Source: Candidatus Dadabacteria bacterium | GTDB lineage: Bacteria > Desulfobacterota_D > UBA1144 > Nemesobacterales > Nemesobacteraceae | DNA: 64,000 bases | Direction of reading: 5' to 3' | Assembly (NCBI GenBank): GCA_007571325.1 | Contig: RKRQ01000065.1 | Coordinates: 7,972 to 71,971 of the forward strand | Part shown: positions 12,761-22,381 of the stretch, piece after piece | Position numbering within the stretch: the first letter of the stretch is position 1 | Layout: each line of letters begins with the position of its first letter | Made by a program: the position numbers and the translations under genes | The notes under the pieces: generated by a model | What the model saw: only the letters and a program-made list of their open reading frames with translations | Databases searched by the model: none | What the model was told of the DNA's origin: nothing

Positions 12761-13909
12761 TCAGTTTTTTTCTGAATGGAGTTTTACAGTCTCAAGAACT
12801 ATCTCCGCTGACTTGTAAAATTCATCAAGCAGAAGATACTCGTTTATCGTGTGAAGTTCATACATTCCCGTTCCTAGGTTTACGCATTCAATTCCTTTTT
12901 CATTTATATAGTTTGCATCACATCCTCCACCGCTTGTATGAAGTTTTATGTTGTAGCGCAGGTTTGACACAGCTCCTAGTACAAGTTTCGTTACGGTTGC
13001 CTGAGGGGAGACATTCATTATCGGATATATCCGATTTATCTCAATTTCTGCCTTGGCATTTAACTTTTCTCCGTCTAGCATAATCTCTCTGCTTTGCGCG
13101 GCTTTCACAAAGCAGTCGTGCATGTGCTGTATCTGTGCGTCAAGTTTTTTTTCGTTGTGACTTCGCGCTTCGGCTTTTAGCTCAACGAGCCCGGGAACTA
13201 TGTTTGTCGCAGAACCTCCTTTTATCTCTCCTATGTTCGCAGTCGTTTCATGATCTATCCTTCCGAGGTTCATATTTGAGACTGCATCGCTTAGGACCTC
13301 TACAGCACTTATTCCGTTTTCAGGGCAAAGTCCAGAATGTGCTTCAACGCCGTATATTTTTACATCCATGATATCAGAGCACGGGCATCTAAGAACAAGC
13401 CTCTCTGGGGTACTGCTATCAAGAACTATTCCATAATGACTTTTAAAACTTGAAGCTTCAAGGAACTTTGCTCCTAGAAGACCGATTTCCTCGCAGATGG
13501 TAAATGCAACTTCTATATCCGAATGAGGTATGTTGTTTTCCTTAAGAGTTCTTAATACCTCAACTATTATTGATACTCCGCTCTTATCGTCGCTTCCAAG
13601 TATCGTTGTGCCATCACTTCTCATAACACCATTTTCCACTCTGGGTTTTATTGCTTCTCCAGGACTTACTGTGTCCATATGGGAGCAGAGAAAAAATGGC
13701 GGAGCATCTTTCTTCGTTCCAGCAAGCTTTACTATCAGGTTGCCTGTGTTTCCTATAACCTTGTCTCCCGCATCATCGTAAAAACATTCGGCTCCAAGTT
13801 CCTTCATGTCTTTCTCAAGTTTTAGGGCGACATTCTTTTCCTTCCTTGATGGACTGTCTATACGTATTATGTCCATCAGGTGATTGGTCATTCTTCCTTC
13901 TTGGATCAT
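12761..13909 (-). CDS. M20 family metallopeptidase (peptidase T-like)
   Basis: SHMDTV, LGSDDKSG, CEEIGL, GGGCDAN, HT..E. Confidence 0.9.
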   Translation of the reverse strand: MIQEGRMTNHLMDIIRIDSPSRKEKNVALKLEKDMKELGAECFYDDAGDKVIGNTGNLIVKLAGTKKDAPPFFLCSHMDTVSPGEAIKPRVENGVMRSDGTTILGSDDKSGVSIIVEVLRTLKENNIPHSDIEVAFTICEEIGLLGAKFLEASSFKSHYGIVLDSSTPERLVLRCPCSDIMDVKIYGVEAHSGLCPENGISAVEVLSDAVSNMNLGRIDHETTANIGEIKGGSATNIVPGLVELKAEARSHNEKKLDAQIQHMHDCFVKAAQSREIMLDGEKLNAKAEIEINRIYPIMNVSPQATVTKLVLGAVSNLRYNIKLHTSGGGCDANYINEKGIECVNLGTGMYELHTINEYLLLDEFYKSAEIVLETVKLHSEKN

Positions 13910-14272
13910 GTAGAGATTTTCTCTTTTCTAGCTGGATAAGTTGGTTAAAGCATATTTAAAAACAAGCAATATTAAAAGACTTCGTTGGAAAAACACTTCA
14001 TCTTCCTACATTGAATAGAAGGTGATATGTATGCTGGGTAGAGCCTGGATTGTTTTCTCCGTTTAGAGTCAATGACAGGGGTTTGGGCTTTAGCTGCATT
14101 TCCATATATGAACCGGCTAAAATTTTATATGTTCTGTCTTTGTTTAGAAGATGGTTTATAGAAAAAACTATGCGCTCAAGCTCAAAAATTTTGTTTTACT
14201 AGGGACTGGTAGTGTAGAATAAAAGATCAATATTTTAGCAGTGTTTTAAAATCTGGATTAAGTGGTGAAAGA

Positions 14273-15742
14273 ATGGAATTTCTTCTGATAAAAGATAATG
14301 TTGCCGATCTTGAATCGGATTCAATTGTTTTTTTCTGTTATGAAAAACAGAGGCTTCCTGCTGCCGCTAGAAGAATTGATGAGAGACTCGGAGGGTTTCT
14401 TTCAGATAAGATTAAGTTATCTGATTTTAAAGGCAGTTTTGGAAAGACGATTCTTGTTGATACCCCGGGTGATTTCAGTACGAAAACAGTTCTTCTCTTG
14501 GGACTGGGGAAGAAAGAAGATTTCGGGTCGCTTGAAGCTTTTCGTGCTGCAAACATCGTAGTTGGAAGAGTCGGGAATCACTCTAGCACGATTTCTGTTG
14601 ATTTTTCTAACGTGGACAGAAAGTTCCTTAAGGTTTTTCTTGAAGGTATGGCTTGCGGTGCCTATGAGTATGGAAAATTTAAATCCTCAGGAAGAAAGAA
14701 AAATCGTTTGAAAAAGGTATGTGTAACGTCAAGAAAAATTTCCGCCAATTATTTTGACAAAGAAGCTGTGGAAGCCAGCGCAATTTCAAGAGGTGTGTCA
14801 TTCACAAGAGACCTTGTAAATGATCCTCCTAATATCCTTACACCATCAGTTCTTGCAGAACATGCGCTTTCGATTTCCAAAGAGTCGGAGTACCTAAACT
14901 GTAAGATTCTTGACAGGGAAGAGATAAGGGAAATGGGAATGGGAGGACTCTCGGCGGTTTCTTTTGGAAGTAGCGAGCCCCCAAGATTTATTCATCTTTC
15001 CTACTCACCTCCCAGAAAGTCTTCCAAAAAAATTGCTATTGTTGGTAAGGGAATAACTTTTGATTCGGGAGGGCTATGCCTTAAGCCTGCAGATAGTATG
15101 AGAACGATGAAAATGGATATGTCTGGTGCTGCAGTTGTGCTAGGAACCATAAAGGCTTTAGGAAAGTTGACTCCAGACGTTAACGTTCATGGCATTATCC
15201 CGGCTACTGAAAACATGACAGGGGCTTCGGCCTACAAACCAGATGATGTTGTAACTGCTCTCAATGGCAAGACGATAGAAATAATAAACACAGACGCCGA
15301 AGGCCGTGTGGCGCTTTCCGATGCGCTAAGTTACGCAGTCCGCCTGGGAGTTTCAGAAATAGTGGACCTAGCAACGCTTACAGGCGCCTGTATAGTCGCA
15401 CTTGGTCTTCACAATGCCGGGGTTATGGGTAATAATGTGAATCTTGTAAACTCGATTCTAAACTCTGCACGCGATGTGGGAGAAAAGATGTGGGAACTTC
15501 CTCTTGATTCAGAGTTAAGAGAAGGAATAAGAAGCCGTATAGCTGATGTTAAAAATATCGGCGGCAGATGGGGTGGGGCTATATCGGCGGCGCTTTTTCT
15601 TGAGAATTTTGTCTCGGAGGTTCCATGGGTCCATATAGATATAGCTGGTCCGTCCTATGTGGAAAAACCTTCGGATTGGTATCAATATGGGGCGACGGGG
15701 TTCGGCGTGAGAACTGTAGTCAACTATATTATGAAAAGATAG
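14273..15742 (+). CDS. pepA: Leucyl aminopeptidase (M17)
   Basis: GKGITFDSGG, MKMDMSG, NTDAEGR, DLATLTGA. Confidence 0.95.
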   Translation: MEFLLIKDNVADLESDSIVFFCYEKQRLPAAARRIDERLGGFLSDKIKLSDFKGSFGKTILVDTPGDFSTKTVLLLGLGKKEDFGSLEAFRAANIVVGRVGNHSSTISVDFSNVDRKFLKVFLEGMACGAYEYGKFKSSGRKKNRLKKVCVTSRKISANYFDKEAVEASAISRGVSFTRDLVNDPPNILTPSVLAEHALSISKESEYLNCKILDREEIREMGMGGLSAVSFGSSEPPRFIHLSYSPPRKSSKKIAIVGKGITFDSGGLCLKPADSMRTMKMDMSGAAVVLGTIKALGKLTPDVNVHGIIPATENMTGASAYKPDDVVTALNGKTIEIINTDAEGRVALSDALSYAVRLGVSEIVDLATLTGACIVALGLHNAGVMGNNVNLVNSILNSARDVGEKMWELPLDSELREGIRSRIADVKNIGGRWGGAISAALFLENFVSEVPWVHIDIAGPSYVEKPSDWYQYGATGFGVRTVVNYIMKR

Positions 15743-15781
15743 GTTTTCGTTGGTTGATGTATGCTTGAGGAGAGAATATTT

Positions 15782-16702
15782 TTACGGGATGTAGTCAAGC
15801 CAGTGCTCAAATTTTGCATCCTCTCCTTTTATTACAGCAAAATACCTTTTCTGAAGTTTCTTTGTTATATCTCCAGGTTTTCCTGATCCTATCTTCTTGT
15901 TATCAACTTCCTTGATAGGTGTTACTTCAGCGGCGGTACCGGTGAAAAAAGCCTCATCTGCAATGTAAAGCTCGTCTCTTGTGAAACACTGTTCTTTTAC
16001 TGGTATATTCTCATCTTCCGCCAAATCCAGAACGCATTTTCTAGTTATTCCTTCCAGTATAGAAGTTAAAGGGGGCGTTTTCAAAGTCCCGTTTCTGACG
16101 ATAAAGATGTTTTCTCCACTTCCTTCAGCTACGTAACCTTCTGAGTCGAGCAGTATTCCTTCGTCAAAGCCTAGGTCGGCGGCTTCCTGCCTAGCCATTA
16201 CAGAATTTACGTAATTCCCACATATCTTGGCCTTGGTCATAAAAGAGTTGATATTCATTCTTGTAAATGAAGATATCTTTGCCCTGATACCGTTGGTGAT
16301 TGCATCATCTCCCAGATATGTTCCCCATGGCCATACGGCTATGGCAACGTTTATGACGTTATCTCCAGGAAGTATCCCTTTTTTCCCTGGTCCAATAAAA
16401 ACTATTGGTCTGATGTAAGCTTCTTCAAGTTCGTTTTCGCGCAGAATATCCACCACCGCGGAGCAAAGGGTCTCAATCGCGTATGGAATTTCTATGCCAG
16501 CGACATGCGCTGAGGAGTAAAGCCTTTGAATGTGTTCGGTAAGTTTTAAAACGGCCGATTTTCCGTTAGAACATTTATATGCTCTTATACCTTCAAATGC
16601 GCCTAGACCGTAGTGCAGAGTATGGGTAAGTACATGTACGTTTGCTTCATTCCAAGGTACTACTTCTCCATTGAACCATATTTTGGGTTGGTCGTCTGAC
16701 AT
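15782..16702 (-). CDS. ilvE: Branched-chain amino acid aminotransferase
   Basis: LHYG..FEG.R, AK..GNY, EGSGENIF, LEGITR, GTAAEVTP. Confidence 0.96.
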   Translation of the reverse strand: MSDDQPKIWFNGEVVPWNEANVHVLTHTLHYGLGAFEGIRAYKCSNGKSAVLKLTEHIQRLYSSAHVAGIEIPYAIETLCSAVVDILRENELEEAYIRPIVFIGPGKKGILPGDNVINVAIAVWPWGTYLGDDAITNGIRAKISSFTRMNINSFMTKAKICGNYVNSVMARQEAADLGFDEGILLDSEGYVAEGSGENIFIVRNGTLKTPPLTSILEGITRKCVLDLAEDENIPVKEQCFTRDELYIADEAFFTGTAAEVTPIKEVDNKKIGSGKPGDITKKLQKRYFAVIKGEDAKFEHWLDYIP

Positions 16703-16742
16703 AAGTCGCTATCCTGGTTTTGGGAAAGAAAATTTCTGAAAC

Positions 16743-16771
16743 ATTATCATTATTGCCCGTTTTATTGTCAA
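16743..16771 (-). promoter_or_regulatory. Sigma70-type promoter of ilvE
   Basis: TTGACA-17 nt-GATAAT on the minus strand. Confidence 0.6.
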
Positions 16772-16889
16772 GCTTGATTGAGGATTGAGCGGCAAGTAAA
16801 AAGGGAGTGTAAATTTCTGAAGGCTTCCAAGGGAGGGCAAGTTTTTCGCAATGATATTTAAACGTATATAAATGGAGTTGAGTTTGGAT

Positions 16890-17270
16890 TCACCCCGGTT
16901 TCAAATACTTTTTAATTATAGTACTTGCTTGTCGGGAAAATTTAGATTTTGGGATCACCAAGTCCACTCCTTTTTCTTTGAATTTGCTGGCAATCTCAAG
17001 TTCTACATGTGGAAGATATCCTATACAGAAAGTTTTTTTATGTTCTGAAGATTTTTTAAATTTTGTAAAAGCCTCTTCTGAATCAATTTTCTTTGAAACA
17101 AGGTCAATAATTACGAGGTCAAGGCTTACCCCTTCGGTTTTTTTTTGAAGTTCCTCTCGATTTTTCACTTTTACCGTATTAATACCTATGTTTCTGGCGA
17201 TGGTTTCAATCTTTGACGAGAAAAACATATCGTCAGCAACTATGCAGATTGTTTTTCTCGAGATTTTCAT
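16890..17270 (-). CDS. Stand-alone receiver (CheY-like) domain protein, atypical
   Basis: IVADD, LVIIDL and a late K fit the receiver fold; the conserved T/S position reads GYLPHV. Confidence 0.65.
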   Translation of the reverse strand: MKISRKTICIVADDMFFSSKIETIARNIGINTVKVKNREELQKKTEGVSLDLVIIDLVSKKIDSEEAFTKFKKSSEHKKTFCIGYLPHVELEIASKFKEKGVDLVIPKSKFSRQASTIIKKYLKPG

Positions 17271-17450
17271 TTGTCTGGAGTAAATATCCTTGTTCTGTCT
17301 GAATGATGCAAAGTTTGGATGTGTATGGAAATAATTTACCTTTTTATAGATGAAGTTAAGTTCTGAAAAACGTGGGAAAAACTGCTAATATATGCGGAAA
17401 GACAAAATCATTGTCTGATACATGTGCTGTTACGCTTAAGGAGGGTAGAT

Positions 17451-17885
17451 ATGAAGGCTACTTTAATTGCTTTTCTCGTAGCAATGATATTCGGAATTAA
17501 TCCGATCTTTGAAAAACTAAGTCTAAAGGATGCTTCTCCATTTACTGTCATTACCATAAGGTTTGTTTTCACTGCCTTGTGTCTGGTGTTTTTAACGCTG
17601 ATGACAGGCAGATTCGTTGAGGTCGTTAATGTCGACAGCCGAACACTTTTTTGGATACTTTTGTCAGGAATAATTGGGGGATTGATAGGACTTTTTCTTT
17701 ATTTTACTGCTCTTGATATGGCCGACACGTCAAAAATTATCGCTATAATAGCTACTTTTCCCATGTTCACGGCAATCTACGCTTATCTATTTCTGGGTGA
17801 AACACCGGGGCCAATGAGAATTACAGGAATTGCTTTTATCGTTATAGGTTCAGTACTGATTGAGTGGAATCTGCTTGCGGACTAG
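17451..17885 (+). CDS. EamA/DMT family small membrane transporter
   Basis: About five hydrophobic helices, C-terminal LFLGE..GIAFIVIG; SD GGAGG before ATG 17451. Confidence 0.85.
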   Translation: MKATLIAFLVAMIFGINPIFEKLSLKDASPFTVITIRFVFTALCLVFLTLMTGRFVEVVNVDSRTLFWILLSGIIGGLIGLFLYFTALDMADTSKIIAIIATFPMFTAIYAYLFLGETPGPMRITGIAFIVIGSVLIEWNLLAD

Positions 17886-17888
17886 AGG

Positions 17889-18206
17889 CTAAAGGTCTAT
17901 TGATTCTATACAATCGCGAAATTCTTCTGCCATATCTGGATGACCATGTTGTAATGCTGCGCGGATGCCTTTTTCATAGGAATCTTTTGCTCTGTCTTCC
18001 ATTCCAAGTTCAGTGTAGCAATGACCAAGCATTCTGTAAGCGGCCCCTTCATCGTTTTTAAGTTCAAGGTAGGCATTTATTGTTTCTATAGTCTTTTCAT
18101 AAAGTTGGAGCTTAAAATATTCATTTGCAAGACTGTAGTAAATAAGGGGATTTGAGGGGTTTTTCTCAAGTAATTTTCTAAATCTCTGAATTCTTTCTTC
18201 TGACAT
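17889..18206 (-). CDS. TPR repeat protein
   Basis: Helical repeats YYSLANEY, AYRMLGHCY, A..SYEKG. Confidence 0.8.
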   Translation of the reverse strand: MSEERIQRFRKLLEKNPSNPLIYYSLANEYFKLQLYEKTIETINAYLELKNDEGAAYRMLGHCYTELGMEDRAKDSYEKGIRAALQHGHPDMAEEFRDCIESIDL

Positions 18207-18238
18207 ATTCTTATTTCCGGTCTTGATTCCCTGAATCT

Positions 18239-18916
18239 TTAATTTATATCTTTTTCATTCTTAAGGGTGAAATTTTTAAAACCGAAAACACCCATAAAAT
18301 TTTTTATGAGGGACCCAGCAACTGTATCAATTTTAATATTCTCTTTGTCCCCAAGCCAGTTTCCTATAGATGTTATTTTCACGTCTGTTATTCCGCAGGA
18401 GAGTATTAGGTCAAAGTAATTGAGATTCGTACTGACGTTAAGAGCAAATCCGTGGTAAGTCACCCACTTTCTTATAGCTATTCCTATGGATGCTATTTTG
18501 CTCCTTTTTACCCAAACTCCGGTAACTCCATCTACCCTTCTACCCTCAATGTGAAAATCCTCAAGCGTCTGGATTACTACTTCTTCAATATTTCTTAAGT
18601 GTCTGCGTATATCCATACCGTGATTCTTTAGGTTCAGTATAGGATAGCCCACTATCTGTCCTGGACCATGAAAAGTTATGTCTCCTCCTCTTGATGCGTG
18701 TATGAAAGAAATTCCATGTTTTTCAAGATATTGCTTTCTTACAAGCAGGTTTTCACTGTTTCCCTTCCTGCCAGTAGTTATCGTTGGCGGGTGTTCAAGC
18801 AGAATAAGTGAATCCTGTATTTCTTCGGCAATTCTTCTTGTGAGAAGGTTTTCCTGGTACCTAAGAGCCTTTCCGTAGGGAACCGTACCGAGTTTATATA
18901 TATCTATTGTACTCAT
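18239..18916 (-). CDS. lipB: Lipoyl(octanoyl) transferase
   Basis: LLEHPP, RGGDITFHGPGQ, KIASIG, HGFALN, CG. Confidence 0.96.
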   Translation of the reverse strand: MSTIDIYKLGTVPYGKALRYQENLLTRRIAEEIQDSLILLEHPPTITTGRKGNSENLLVRKQYLEKHGISFIHASRGGDITFHGPGQIVGYPILNLKNHGMDIRRHLRNIEEVVIQTLEDFHIEGRRVDGVTGVWVKRSKIASIGIAIRKWVTYHGFALNVSTNLNYFDLILSCGITDVKITSIGNWLGDKENIKIDTVAGSLIKNFMGVFGFKNFTLKNEKDIN

Positions 18917-18942
18917 TGGTGCAGTAGTGAAACTCTTGGGCT

Positions 18943-20373
18943 TCAGAAGTTTCTTACCCTTCCAAGTGCATCAAGAGCCGCTTCCATGACAGCTTCTGAA
19001 AGTGTGGGGTGGGCGTGTTGCGTAGTAGCTATTTCGTAGGGTGTTGTCTCTAAGGTTTTAGCCACTCCGATTTCTGCAATCATCTCGGTTGCTCCGTGGC
19101 CTATTATATGGCTTCCAAGAAGTTCTTTTGTCTTTGAGTCAAAAATCATTTTTACAAAGCCTTCTGTTTCTCCTACCGCGACCGCTTTTCCTACAGCTCT
19201 GAAAGGAAATTTTCCTATATCTATCTCATAACCTTGGTCTTTTGCCTGGTTCTCCGTAAGACCGATCATCGCCACTTCCGGCTGACAATAAACGCATCCG
19301 GGAATTGAGTTATAATGCACTTTAGAGTCTATTCCCTTCATTCGTTCTACTGCAACAACTCCTTCCTCAGAAGCTTTGTGTGCGAGCATAGGACCTCCAA
19401 TCACATCTCCGATTGCATAGATATTGGAGCAGGTGGTCATATAATCTTCATCTGTTTTGATGAACCCTCTTTCATCAAGTTCAATTCCTACATCTTCAAG
19501 ACCCATACTTTCGCCTTTATCATAAAAAGCAAAAGAGGTAGGTGCGGCATTTGCTATGGCTCTTCTTCCGACAGACACAAGAACCATATCCGCCTTTAGC
19601 ATAGTCTGTTTGCCTGAAACTGTATTTTCTACAGTTAAAGTTGCAGAACCTGAGGTTTTCTTAAGAGATTTGTATACAGTCTCGTTAAGAATGTTCATGC
19701 CTTGTTTTTCAAATATCTTTTTCGCTTCTCTGGCTACTTCCTCGTCGGCCCCTGGCATAATCTGTTTCTCCATCTCTACTATGGTTACCTTGCTGCCAAA
19801 AGAGTTGTAGACATAGGCAAACTCCATTCCTATATATCCTCCGCCTATTATTACTACGGAGTTGGGAACCTCAGTGTGCATTATCGCCTCATCACTTGTC
19901 ATTACTGTTTTTCCGTCGATCTCAAGGCCGGGTAAAGTTCTTGGGACAGAGCCCGTGGCAAGAAGGATACGCTCACTCTCTATATCCTGCGGTTCTTTCC
20001 CGGTAACGGAAACGCCATGCTTTGACGTAAGCCTTCCAGTGCCATTTATAAGAGTGATCTTGTTTTTCTTGAAAAGTCCTGCTACACCTCTGTTAAGAGA
20101 CTCAGAGGCTTTTCTGCTTTTTTTTATTACTTCCGAGTAGTCAAAGGAAAGTCCATTATGGATAATTCCGTAATCTTTTGAGTTAAGAAAGTGAGAGTAC
20201 ATCTCAGCGCACTTGAGAATTGCTTTTGAAGGTATACACCCCCAGTTAAGACATACCCCTCCCGGCTTGTCCCGCTCAACGACCGCAACCTTCATTCCCA
20301 TTTGCGCGGCCCTTATCGCCGATATATATCCTCCGGGACCAGATCCTATAACTGTAAGATCAAATCTCTCCAT
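18943..20373 (-). CDS. lpdA: Dihydrolipoyl dehydrogenase
   Basis: GSGPGG, GGVCLNWGCIPSK redox disulfide, HAHPTLSE. Confidence 0.96.
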   Translation of the reverse strand: MERFDLTVIGSGPGGYISAIRAAQMGMKVAVVERDKPGGVCLNWGCIPSKAILKCAEMYSHFLNSKDYGIIHNGLSFDYSEVIKKSRKASESLNRGVAGLFKKNKITLINGTGRLTSKHGVSVTGKEPQDIESERILLATGSVPRTLPGLEIDGKTVMTSDEAIMHTEVPNSVVIIGGGYIGMEFAYVYNSFGSKVTIVEMEKQIMPGADEEVAREAKKIFEKQGMNILNETVYKSLKKTSGSATLTVENTVSGKQTMLKADMVLVSVGRRAIANAAPTSFAFYDKGESMGLEDVGIELDERGFIKTDEDYMTTCSNIYAIGDVIGGPMLAHKASEEGVVAVERMKGIDSKVHYNSIPGCVYCQPEVAMIGLTENQAKDQGYEIDIGKFPFRAVGKAVAVGETEGFVKMIFDSKTKELLGSHIIGHGATEMIAEIGVAKTLETTPYEIATTQHAHPTLSEAVMEAALDALGRVRNF

Positions 20374-20382
20374 TTCGGAGTA

Positions 20383-20410
20383 ATTATATTTATAATTGCT
20401 ATATCGTCAA
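20383..20410 (-). promoter_or_regulatory. Sigma70-type promoter of lpdA (near-leaderless)
   Basis: TTGACG-16 nt-TATAAT ending 9 nt before the ATG; no SD. Confidence 0.65.
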
Positions 20411-20685
20411 AATAATAAAGAACGCCTCTAACCGCCGGATTTTTGCTTTTGTAGCTTTTGCTATAAATAGAATGGAGTTTGTTATTGATAAAGCTCAGGG
20501 AAATTCTGCAGACACGAGCTAAAGTGTAAGAAAAGCAGAAAAAAGATTTAGGCAAATGGCTTCAAATATATTTTAATACCGCGTACGTAAAATGTTACAA
20601 TGCTGAATTGGCGCACTGGTTTTATTATTTTTGGCAACAAGTTTATAGTCTGCTTTTCCATGCACAGAATTTGCTTCTCATCCCG

Positions 20686-20714
20686 TTGACAAGCTAGCAG
20701 ACGGAAATTATATT
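20686..20714 (+). promoter_or_regulatory. Sigma70-type promoter of hrcA-grpE-dnaJ
   Basis: TTGACA-17 nt-TATATT ending 11 nt before the ATG; no SD. Confidence 0.65.
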
Positions 20715-20725
20715 TCAAAAATATT

Positions 20726-21760
20726 ATGACACAGCCAATTTCTCCAAGGAACAGGGCTTTTCTCGGTTATGTAGTAGACCACTTCATTGAAACTACGAAT
20801 CCCATAGGTTCTGCAACCCTTATATCGAAATACAATATAAAATGGTCTCCGGCCACTGTTCGCCAAGGGCTTAATTCACTTATGGAAGCGGGATTTTTAG
20901 CCCAGAGTCACATTTCTTCGGGTAGGATTCCTACGGAGGAAGGAATAAATTATTACGTAGAGAACATCCTGTGCGTGGAGAACTCATCGGATTCTGACCT
21001 CCAGTTTCTTGAGAACAAATATGAGAGAATTGATGGCACACTTGATCACGTAATGAGTGCTACAAGTTCAATACTTTCTGACTGTACGAAACTTGCGGGT
21101 CTTGCGATGCTTCCTCAAAGAAATACTTTGAGGGTTAAATCCGCGAAGCTTCTGAAGATGGGACAGAAGGAGTGTCTCATCTTTTTAGTGTTTGAAGGTG
21201 GACTTACGGAGAAGACCTATGTTAGGCTTGCCAAACCCATCCAGGATTCCCAAGTCCAGAGAATAGGAGGTTATCTTAATCGGCTGATTTTGGGCCTTAC
21301 AATTGAACAGGTGCGCGAGGTTGTTCTCGAAAAAATCAAGAGAACCACCACCGAGTACAATGAAATTCTTGAAAAAGTGCTCAGGATAAGCAGTGAACTT
21401 TTTGAAAAGGAAAGAAAGGCGGGAATATTTGTGGAGGGGAAAGTTTCTGTTATTGAATCTATAAACTTTGGAGATTCTACTCTTTATAGAACTATAATTG
21501 AAATACTTGAAGACCAAAAACTTCTCTCAAGCCTTCTGAAGTCTGTTGTAAGGGACGGGCGTTCAAAGGTCTTTATAGGTTCAGAAAAAGGAATGCCTCA
21601 CGGTTTTAGCCTTGTGGCTGCACCTTACTACAAAGGAAATAGCTATGGAAGCTTAGGCGTGTTTGGTCCCATACGAATGAACTATTCGAAAATCATCCCT
21701 CTTGTGAATTATACGGCTAGAATGGTTACAAAAAGAGTTAATGGAGACATAATGGAATGA
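20726..21760 (+). CDS. hrcA: Heat-inducible transcription repressor HrcA (diverged)
   Basis: PIGS, SPATVR, HISSGRIPT, C-terminal LGVFGPIRMNY; overlaps grpE. Confidence 0.9.
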   Translation: MTQPISPRNRAFLGYVVDHFIETTNPIGSATLISKYNIKWSPATVRQGLNSLMEAGFLAQSHISSGRIPTEEGINYYVENILCVENSSDSDLQFLENKYERIDGTLDHVMSATSSILSDCTKLAGLAMLPQRNTLRVKSAKLLKMGQKECLIFLVFEGGLTEKTYVRLAKPIQDSQVQRIGGYLNRLILGLTIEQVREVVLEKIKRTTTEYNEILEKVLRISSELFEKERKAGIFVEGKVSVIESINFGDSTLYRTIIEILEDQKLLSSLLKSVVRDGRSKVFIGSEKGMPHGFSLVAAPYYKGNSYGSLGVFGPIRMNYSKIIPLVNYTARMVTKRVNGDIME

Positions 21761-22338
21761 GTGAAAACACGATTGCGGATATTGATGAGAAAGATGCTAT
21801 AGAAGACTCAAAAGAGCTTGAATTGCCTTCTGTCGATACTGATAAAACAGAGAAAAAAGCTGACGAGGATATTTCCGCAGAATTCGAAGCTCTTAAGGAA
21901 AAGTATATCAGGCTCTCGGCTGATTTTGATAACTATAAAAAAAGACTTGCCAAAGAAAAACAGGAAATACTTGATTTTGGAAATGCACAGAAGTTAAAGG
22001 AGTTCCTTTCCGTTCTGGACAACATTGAAAGAGCCATTGAACTTTCTGAAGGGTTACATGGCGAAAAAACGGATTTTATAGCTTTTCTTGATGGAATAAG
22101 GCTCGTCCATACACAATTTCTGGCAGGACTCAAAAACTTCGGTGTTACTCTGATAGAATCAGGCCAAGGAACCAGTTTTGATCCCAATTACCACGAAGCT
22201 GTCTATAGAGAATACTCAGAAACTCACGAGAACGGAGCTATAATTTCAGAAATCCAGAAAGGCTATCTTCTTAATGGAAGATTGCTTAGACCCTCAATGG
22301 TTTCTGTGTCTCAGGGTATTGAGAAAAACCCTGAGTAA
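21757..22338 (+). CDS. grpE: Nucleotide exchange factor GrpE
   Basis: ADFDNYKKR, FDPNYHEA, KGY.LNGRLLRPSMV. Confidence 0.96.
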   Translation: MSENTIADIDEKDAIEDSKELELPSVDTDKTEKKADEDISAEFEALKEKYIRLSADFDNYKKRLAKEKQEILDFGNAQKLKEFLSVLDNIERAIELSEGLHGEKTDFIAFLDGIRLVHTQFLAGLKNFGVTLIESGQGTSFDPNYHEAVYREYSETHENGAIISEIQKGYLLNGRLLRPSMVSVSQGIEKNPE

Positions 22339-22381
22339 ACAGTAAACAGACTTATAAAAAAATTCGCCCCACTATTCTATA

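Noticed and set aside
14019..14066. SD-like GAAGGTG followed by an 11-codon ORF (MLGRAWIVFSV)
   Set aside because: Too short; no leader-peptide or attenuator features.
20694..20720. CTAGCAGAC as a CIRCE half-site upstream of hrcA
   Set aside because: Weak match and no second arm at 9-nt spacing.
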